Below are positions 27,281 to 33,755 of a DNA stretch of 33,755 bases, piece by piece; within the stretch, counting starts at the first letter, position 1; every line of letters starts with the position of its first letter. Made by a program: the position numbers and the translations under genes. A model generated the notes under the pieces. The model had not been told where the DNA came from. It saw nothing but the letters and a program-made list of their open reading frames with translations, and searched no databases. Where the stretch lies: the NCBI GenBank assembly GCA_026014495.1, contig JAOZIF010000103.1:1-33755 (forward strand), read 5' to 3'. Source of the DNA: Candidatus Bathyarchaeum sp. GTDB lineage: Archaea > Thermoproteota > Bathyarchaeia > Bathyarchaeales > Bathyarchaeaceae.

Positions 27281-28258
27281 TTAGAATTTGTGAATTAGCT
27301 GTGAGAGATTTTGTGGCGTTTTTTGTTTCGCCGACAGGTTGAGTTGTATATAGGCGCCGTGCTTATTGTTGTATGGTTTGCCTTTTCGAGAAAATAGTGT
27401 TATTACTTGTCCGCTGTGGATGATGTTGTAGCCGTTTGGGCATGATTGGTGTCCACGAATCAGTGTTTTGACGTTGAGCATTCTTAGAAGCTTGTTTGTG
27501 ATGTCTTCACCGAATAGTTTTCCAAATCCTCTTGGTGAAGCGATAGTTCCGGTTATTCCTGTCCAAGGGTCATTCCATAGGATTTCTTCAAGGTGGTGTG
27601 TTTTTGGGTGTGTTTTGTGGGCGTAAGCGATGGCATTGATTGTTTTAGCTTGACTTGGGGCTCCGCCGTGAAGCAAAACGTATCTATCCTGTATGATTAC
27701 AGCAGTGTATAGATAGTTGAAAAGTTTTCGTAGTTCCAAGTAAGCCTCTGAACTTCTTTCGCCGAACTTGTTTTTTAGATGAAGTGAAAGGTCATGAGGA
27801 GATGCACAGAGGTCTATGGGTCCTTCGTGGTTTCCTCTCATTAAGATGACTCGTTTAGGAAACATTGCTTTGAGTTTCAGTACAACATAGTAAACTTCGG
27901 GAGAATTGATGCCACGGTCTCCGTAATCACCAAGAAAAATTAAAACAGGTTTATCCTGCTTTAAGCTATACAAAAAATGGCTTGTTTCCAGTATGTAAAC
28001 TAAACTTTTCAAGTCACCATGCAAATCACCCACAATGATTGCTTCACCAGTAGCGGGAACTTCAACAAGCCTACCCGTGATGTGTAGAGTCCCAATCTTT
28101 CCGTCTTCATCTCGTAATTGCGTACAAACATACCTGATGAGTCTAAGAAACTCGTCAATACTGATTTTGGTTGACTCTTCAGCTAAAACGGAGGCAGTAT
28201 TCATGTGAGATTTCATGTTGCTCACCTGTTCAGCCAGATTAAAGATATGGTGAGCCAA
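27281..28258 (-). CDS. PPP-family Ser/Thr metallophosphoesterase
   Basis: GDLHG, GDYGDRG, RGNHE, LHGG, WNDP, RGHQ; true start may be ATG 28216 (GGTGA RBS). Confidence 0.9.
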   Translation of the reverse strand: MAHHIFNLAEQVSNMKSHMNTASVLAEESTKISIDEFLRLIRYVCTQLRDEDGKIGTLHITGRLVEVPATGEAIIVGDLHGDLKSLVYILETSHFLYSLKQDKPVLIFLGDYGDRGINSPEVYYVVLKLKAMFPKRVILMRGNHEGPIDLCASPHDLSLHLKNKFGERSSEAYLELRKLFNYLYTAVIIQDRYVLLHGGAPSQAKTINAIAYAHKTHPKTHHLEEILWNDPWTGITGTIASPRGFGKLFGEDITNKLLRMLNVKTLIRGHQSCPNGYNIIHSGQVITLFSRKGKPYNNKHGAYIQLNLSAKQKTPQNLSQLIHKF

Positions 28259-28292
28259 CCTAAAAATTAGGTTGCTGCGTGCTGTAGAAGAG

Positions 28293-29519
28293 TTACATTA
28301 CGAATGGTATTACAACAATCATTAACAGAATGAAAACGATTGTAGCAGTCACAGTATATGTTATTCGAGAGATTGACTTCTCGCTTAGTTTTCTACCAAA
28401 AATGCTTTTTAAAGAGATGTCCAGCATTCGTCCCCCATCCATTGGATAAATCGGTAATGCATTGAATACGGCAACGTTGACGTTTACGAACCACACCCAG
28501 AAGAGAATGTTTGCATATACATGCCAGTATGTTCCCAGCGGATGAGTGTAAAATGGAATCAGAGAATCAGAGAAAGGAACAATTCCAGAATACAACGATG
28601 GTGGAAGCAGATACAGGTAAAATGAGTCGGGAGTTAATGTTAGATAATAGTTTACAGGACTTGCTGGGTCAAACAAACCTACACCCATGACAGTCCTGTT
28701 TTCAAACTCAGTTAACGTTACATCTGTAGAAAACTGTTCATCAAACTTTTCTCCCCTAATTACAGTCACATGAACAGTATCTCCAGAATTTTTACCTGCA
28801 ATTGACGAATTCAAAATCACATAATTGTTAACAGGTACATTATCAACTGAAACAAAAACGTCCCCAGGCAACAGCCCCGCCTCATCAGCAGGCATACCAT
28901 CAGTAACACTGGAAATGTATATTCCATCAACTACTGGAGTCAACCCATTAACAATAAGAAGAAGAGCAATGAGACAAGCTATAGCTACAATAATGTTTCC
29001 TGCAATACCTGCAGCCATAACTCGCAAGGAATCCCGAGGTTTTGCTTTTGCAATCTGTTTTTCATCAACATCGACAAATGCACCAATAGGAATAATCAGA
29101 AAGAAAAGCAGCCCACTTGAGTTAACGGTTAGCCCACGATTTCTTGCTATAATTCCGTGAGCTCCTTCATGAATCACTATTGCACAGACTATTGATAGCC
29201 ACCCATAAAATATTGGAAGAATGGGATTAATTCCGGGTAACATAAGATATGATGCTAGACCCAGTTCACTTGTTGCCTCCCGAGCAACAGGAGTCCACAA
29301 TAACGTAACTAGGCTACTGCAAAGCAGGTATAGCCCCAATGCGGCAACAATAGGCACAACAACAAGAGAAAACCAAGAAATCAACCGTGAAGACCTAAAT
29401 GAACCAAGACGATCAAAAACTCCACTAAACACCTGTGTTCTAACAGTCAACAGAGGAAAATTGAACTCGACTCTACCTGGTTGTTTTTCTTCTTCTTCTT
29501 TAAATTCCTTGTCAGCCAA
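28293..29519 (-). CDS. Site-2 protease (M50) with PDZ domain
   Basis: HEGAH, GAFVD, AAGIAGN, PDZ (GMPADEAGLLPGDVFVSVDN), FNALPIYPMDGG. Confidence 0.93.
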   Translation of the reverse strand: MADKEFKEEEEKQPGRVEFNFPLLTVRTQVFSGVFDRLGSFRSSRLISWFSLVVVPIVAALGLYLLCSSLVTLLWTPVAREATSELGLASYLMLPGINPILPIFYGWLSIVCAIVIHEGAHGIIARNRGLTVNSSGLLFFLIIPIGAFVDVDEKQIAKAKPRDSLRVMAAGIAGNIIVAIACLIALLLIVNGLTPVVDGIYISSVTDGMPADEAGLLPGDVFVSVDNVPVNNYVILNSSIAGKNSGDTVHVTVIRGEKFDEQFSTDVTLTEFENRTVMGVGLFDPASPVNYYLTLTPDSFYLYLLPPSLYSGIVPFSDSLIPFYTHPLGTYWHVYANILFWVWFVNVNVAVFNALPIYPMDGGRMLDISLKSIFGRKLSEKSISRITYTVTATIVFILLMIVVIPFVM

Positions 29520-29604
29520 ATGATATCCACCAATTACTCAGCCCATAATACAGAATGCCCCTATAAATCATCTGACATTTTCCGTTATTAACAGATGGTA
29601 AATT

Positions 29605-30291
29605 TCAGTTTTTCATTTTTTCTAATTTTTTCTTGACAGCATCGCTTTCCAGTTCTCTTAATGCATTAGAGGCTATCCATCTGGAGGCTTTAGAGTCAAT
29701 TTCTAAAATCTCTCGGGCAACAGTTATGGCAACCTTATTTAGGTTAGAGTTTCTTTTTCCGATGTTTCGAAGTGCCCAGTTGACCGCTTTTTTCACATAG
29801 TTACGATTATCCGTAGATTCACGTTTTATTACCGAAAGAAAGTCAATGAATATTTCGTCTGGAGCATTATAGTGTACAGCTAAACTAGACAAAAGCGCAA
29901 AAGCAGCTCGTTTAATGAACACTTCATCGCTTTTGGACCAGTCAAGAATTTTCTGCCACACAAGAGAATGCCTACTGAAAAAATTATTACAAACTTGATC
30001 ACAGACATCCCAAGAGTTAAAGTCATTCACCCATTCGTCCATTTGACGTTCTGTCAGTTGCTCAGGTTCACCAATCATTGATGCTAAAATCATTGCATCT
30101 GGAATTTCAGTCTTCCACAATTCAAGCGCTAGAGCATGATTTTTTCCATGTTCCCTCGCCATTTTTCGAAGCTCTGGAATTGATACACCCAACCTGTTTT
30201 CAGTTACAATACCATACCTAGCCATTCCAACTAACTGATCAGGTCTAGCTTTAACATTTAATTGCTTCAAAATTTTATTGACCGAAGACAT
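29605..30291 (-). CDS. DNA alkylation repair protein (AlkD-like HEAT repeat)
   Basis: GVSIPELRKMAR, FNSWDVCD, FIKRAAF, YVKKAVNWALRNIGK. Confidence 0.88.
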   Translation of the reverse strand: MSSVNKILKQLNVKARPDQLVGMARYGIVTENRLGVSIPELRKMAREHGKNHALALELWKTEIPDAMILASMIGEPEQLTERQMDEWVNDFNSWDVCDQVCNNFFSRHSLVWQKILDWSKSDEVFIKRAAFALLSSLAVHYNAPDEIFIDFLSVIKRESTDNRNYVKKAVNWALRNIGKRNSNLNKVAITVAREILEIDSKASRWIASNALRELESDAVKKKLEKMKN

Positions 30292-30472
30292 TATGCTTTT
30301 TCACTTCAAGTTATTAAATGAATTTCCTTGCTAAATGTCATATCCTTCTTTCGTTCTTCAGCAAATTAAAACAGAAAATACAATAACATTAATACTCAAT
30401 AATGCTCTATCAAAAAGCAAGCAGCAGATTTAATTCACCATAACTCATGATTAACCGGAAGCGTGACCAAAA

Positions 30473-31660
30473 ATGGACACCATTGAAGTCAAAGAATTGA
30501 CAAAATTTTTCGATAAAGATGTTAAGGCTGTAGATGGCATTAGCTTTAGCGTACAAGAGGGAGAGATACTAGGATTTCTTGGTCCTAACGGAGCAGGTAA
30601 AACCACAACCCTGAACATGCTATCAACATTGTTGCGCCCAAATGGTGGCACCGCAACCATAAACGGTCACGATATTCTTACAGAACCAGATGCTGTCCGT
30701 CGTAGCATAGGCTACGTATTTCAGGACCCCACACTAGATATAGAATTAACTGGCAGAGAAAACTTGGATTTCCATGGTCGCTTATACGGTCTTGATCGAA
30801 ATACTCGACAGCAAAGAATCAAAGAGGTACTGGAGCTAGTTCAACTAACTGACCGTGCCGACAACTTTGTAAAGACGTACAGTGGCGGAATGAAACGCAG
30901 ACTGGAAATTGCGCGAGGCTTATTACATTATCCAAAAGTTCTATTCCTAGATGAACCAACACTAGGTTTAGACCCCCAGACTCGGCGTTCAATCTGGGAA
31001 CACATTTTGCGATTAAACCAAGAAAAAAAGGTCACAGTTATTCTAACTACCCACTACACTGAAGAAGCAGATTATCTTTGTAAGCGCATACTCATTATAG
31101 ACTTTGGCAAAGTTGTAGTGTTGGACACCCCCAACAAGCTGAAGGAACGCTTGCAAGGGGACGTCGTCAGCTTAACTTTCAAAGACACTGCAGCAATAGA
31201 AAAGTTTCGACCACTTTTAGAAAAAAAAGAATGGATACACAAAATCAACGTTGTCGCTTCAGGCAACAACTACGCTGCAATGAGCCGAATGATGCAAACA
31301 TCGCCACAGATGGTAAACAGTATGGTTGATAATGAAAAAACAATACAAGAAGAGACCTCGCCTCCCAAGGACACTGAACAGGCAGTGTTTGAGAAAAACA
31401 TCCAGTTTAGTGGTGAACAATGCTCAAAATGCTTGAATCTACTTTTAGATAATGGTGGACATAGAATACCAGAAATCGTCAAGTTAGCTGAAGAAGCAAA
31501 AGTCATCTTGGAATCTGTGGAACTACGCAAACCTACACTCGATGACGTCTTTTTGTCAGTGACTGGGCGCAACATACGTGAAGAGGAAGGCAGTTTCATA
31601 GACATGGTACGCCGACACAGAATAATGCGACAAGCACGTGGAAAACCAACTAGAAATTAA
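30473..31660 (+). CDS. ABC-2 exporter ATPase (DrrA/NodI-like)
   Basis: GPNGAGKTT, YSGGMKRRLEIA, LDEPTLGLDP, TTHY, KPTLDDVFLSVTG. Confidence 0.93.
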   Translation: MDTIEVKELTKFFDKDVKAVDGISFSVQEGEILGFLGPNGAGKTTTLNMLSTLLRPNGGTATINGHDILTEPDAVRRSIGYVFQDPTLDIELTGRENLDFHGRLYGLDRNTRQQRIKEVLELVQLTDRADNFVKTYSGGMKRRLEIARGLLHYPKVLFLDEPTLGLDPQTRRSIWEHILRLNQEKKVTVILTTHYTEEADYLCKRILIIDFGKVVVLDTPNKLKERLQGDVVSLTFKDTAAIEKFRPLLEKKEWIHKINVVASGNNYAAMSRMMQTSPQMVNSMVDNEKTIQEETSPPKDTEQAVFEKNIQFSGEQCSKCLNLLLDNGGHRIPEIVKLAEEAKVILESVELRKPTLDDVFLSVTGRNIREEEGSFIDMVRRHRIMRQARGKPTRN

Positions 31661-31689
31661 CAATAACCAATAGAGAAGGAAAAAATGAA

Positions 31690-32478
31690 ATGGTGCAACC
31701 AATATCCAAACAAGCAATATATGTAGTGTTCTTACGAGAACTGAAGCGATACTGGAGAGCAAAAGCAAGGGTAATCTCATCAGTAGCCCAAAGCATCTTC
31801 TTTTTAGCTATCTTTGGTCTAGGATTGGGAAGTTTCGTTGGCGATATAGGTGATGTAAACTACCTCTCATACATGGCACCTGGAGTAATTGGCATGGGGC
31901 TTTTGTTTGGTTCTGTGTTCTCAGGAGTCTCTGTAATTTTCGACAGACAATTCGGATTCATGAAAGAAATGATGGTTGCCCCTGTCAGCCGAACCAGTAT
32001 CATACTAGGAAAAATTCTTGGAGGCGCAGCCACCGCGACAATACAAGGCATAATTTTGCTGGTAGTAGCTGCAATCATGGGAGCGTTCACGCCATCAATT
32101 GCACTAGTTACAGGAGCATTTGCTGCGATAGGAGCAATGCTTCTTATTACATCAGGTTTTGTCGGACTTGGAGTAGCAATCGGATCAACTCTAAACGATT
32201 TTCACGCGTTTCAATTATTATCCACATTTGTAATGTGGCCACTATTCATGCTATCAGGAGTATTCTTTCCTATAGACGGAGCACCACTAGCTCTTCAGGC
32301 AGCTATGCTAGCAGATCCCATGTTTTATGGGGTTGAGCTGTTACGATGGTGTCTTTTAGGTTCTGGAACAGCTATACTTGGGCCCTTTGGTTGGCTAATT
32401 AGTTTGACAGTTGTCATTGGTTTCAACGCTTTAATGATTGGTTTAGGCACCTATCTTTTCTCTCGTGCCCAAATCTAA
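31690..32478 (+). CDS. ABC-2 type permease
   Basis: YLSYMAPGVIG, DRQFGFMKEMMVAPVSR, LFMLSGVFFP; about six TM helices. Confidence 0.92.
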   Translation: MVQPISKQAIYVVFLRELKRYWRAKARVISSVAQSIFFLAIFGLGLGSFVGDIGDVNYLSYMAPGVIGMGLLFGSVFSGVSVIFDRQFGFMKEMMVAPVSRTSIILGKILGGAATATIQGIILLVVAAIMGAFTPSIALVTGAFAAIGAMLLITSGFVGLGVAIGSTLNDFHAFQLLSTFVMWPLFMLSGVFFPIDGAPLALQAAMLADPMFYGVELLRWCLLGSGTAILGPFGWLISLTVVIGFNALMIGLGTYLFSRAQI

Positions 32479-32538
32479 ATCAACGCCTTTTTATTGCATC
32501 AGTAACAATCAATTGAATAACAAAAAAGGGATTAAAGA

Positions 32539-33051
32539 ATGACAATCATCATAGATGACGCTGGAATGGGTGACCTTCTTTTTGGTGTTGTTATCGCAGC
32601 ATTTCGAGATTCAACACAGGAATTCAAATACGGCATTATTGACGTGAAATACTTTCGGGCAAAATTTTTTACAAGTAAAGCATACTTGACACAATGCTCA
32701 AAGATTGTAGATAAACTACTTACTGAAATGAAACCAGAACCCGAAGAAGAAATTCATCTTTGCCGAGGCTACATTTTTGATGATGCTATCGAGAAACTAA
32801 AACAAAAATATGGCGAAGATCGAATTCATCGAATCAAAGTCATTGGAGAAGCACAGGACCTTGCAGAAACAGCTTACCTTGATGAGATTAGAAACTTAGG
32901 TTACGAACCTATTGAAGAAAGAGAAAGTAAACGTGCAAAAAGCTTTTTTCACATGATGAATTGGCTGAAGAAAAATCCATCCATGGTGAAATATGCCAAA
33001 ACAGGTTGGCCAAGGCTGCAAAGATATAAATTTTTTAGGCTAAAAAAATAG
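32539..33051 (+). CDS. Uncharacterised RNase H-fold-like protein (paralog 2)
   Basis: IIIDDAGMGDLLFGVV, CRGYIFD, KTGW shared with 1749-2279. Confidence 0.6.
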   Translation: MTIIIDDAGMGDLLFGVVIAAFRDSTQEFKYGIIDVKYFRAKFFTSKAYLTQCSKIVDKLLTEMKPEPEEEIHLCRGYIFDDAIEKLKQKYGEDRIHRIKVIGEAQDLAETAYLDEIRNLGYEPIEERESKRAKSFFHMMNWLKKNPSMVKYAKTGWPRLQRYKFFRLKK

Positions 33052-33121
33052 TTGAATTCGATTTTTTCGAGAGCTTTATTAATGCTTAAAGATTTATTGC
33101 TCTAAAATTGAGGCACCAGCA

Positions 33122-33755
33122 TTGGCTATAATCGGTATTTCTCTGTTCGTTATACTCTTGCTGCTGGGATTTATTGTAGCTTTACCTTCATCCATGTGCG
33201 GTCTTGGAGGAGGATTCATCTTGGTTCCTACTCTGATTATAGTTTTTAATTTGGCGCCACAAAACGCGATAGCCGTTAGTTTAGTAGCGATGTGTGGAAC
33301 AACCATCTCTGCATCAATAGGATACATTAAACAAAAGAGGGTTGATTACAAACTTGCATTAATTTACGACGTGTTTGATATTCCAGGCGTGATAATTGGG
33401 GCATACCTGACAACTATTCTACCCCAAAACTTTTTGATCGGTTTATGTGGGGTTGTAATTCTTGTTCTATCCATGCTTATGTTAAAGAATCTCAAAAAAG
33501 TTTTGAAGACAAATGAGGAGTCAGATGTGCAGTGTAATGGATGGAAACGAAAAGTAAGTGACTCGATGAATAAAGTGTTTGAGTATCAAATACGTAAACC
33601 AAGTTTAATAATTGTAAGCAGTTTGCTAAGCGGTCTTGTCACGGGTTTAGCGGGATTAGGTGGAGGAATTACAGATACAACAACAATGATTTTATTGGGC
33701 ATACCTGCACACATAGCTGTTGCGAGTTCCGAGTTTGCCATGGCATTAACAAATG
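33122..33755 (+). CDS. Sulfite exporter TauE/SafE family protein (3' truncated by window end)
   Basis: Own translation from TTG 33122: SSMCGLGGGFILVPTL...VDYKLA...GVIIGAY...GLAGLGGG; open to the end of the window. Confidence 0.85.
   Translation, partial: MAIIGISLFVILLLLGFIVALPSSMCGLGGGFILVPTLIIVFNLAPQNAIAVSLVAMCGTTISASIGYIKQKRVDYKLALIYDVFDIPGVIIGAYLTTILPQNFLIGLCGVVILVLSMLMLKNLKKVLKTNEESDVQCNGWKRKVSDSMNKVFEYQIRKPSLIIVSSLLSGLVTGLAGLGGGITDTTTMILLGIPAHIAVASSEFAMALTN

Noticed and set aside
1759-33327. Numerous short antisense or overlapping ORFs in the six-frame track
   Set aside because: They lie opposite or within well-supported genes and have no recognisable domains.
1-33755. tRNA, rRNA or riboswitch
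   Set aside because: No T-loop/anticodon cloverleaf, rRNA-like GC-rich segment or known riboswitch core recognised by eye; a tRNAscan/Infernal run would be decisive.

Overview
AT-rich archaeal chromosomal window. The gene repertoire (thiolase/DUF35 pair, cofE, RimK-family ligase, REC-PAS-kinase hybrid, TupABC/ModE, archaeal TATA boxes and GGTGA/GAGG RBSs) suggests a TACK archaeon, probably Bathyarchaeia; this is an inference. Most of it is housekeeping or metabolic: SatP acetate permease, cyclophilin, encapsulin-type ferritin domain, thiolase+DUF35, HAD hydrolase, tupABC with modE and two ModE boxes, YjbQ, DRG-like GTPase, methyltransferase, two ABC exporters, CofE, DUF2284, RimK-like ligase, PPP phosphatase, site-2 protease, AlkD and TauE. 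The most striking unexplained structure centres on a compact, catalytic-domain-only tyrosine recombinase (18580-19275). Three perfect copies of the 21-mer GGATACAAAAGCATCAACAAA lie around it (14776 +, 18172 -, 19708 +). Two of them form a 23-bp inverted repeat bracketing the gene. An 8-6-8 inverted site lies on each side of the gene and a cluster of palindromes follows it. Together these form a candidate archaeal DNA-inversion/excision system. Other highlights: an approx. 150-bp intergenic element present twice (16.0 kb and 27.1 kb, 43/45 identical core), a Pelota-like protein lacking its N-terminal domain, two paralogous RNase H-fold-like proteins, and a secreted unknown wedged into the ModE locus. 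No tRNA, rRNA or CRISPR array was recognised.
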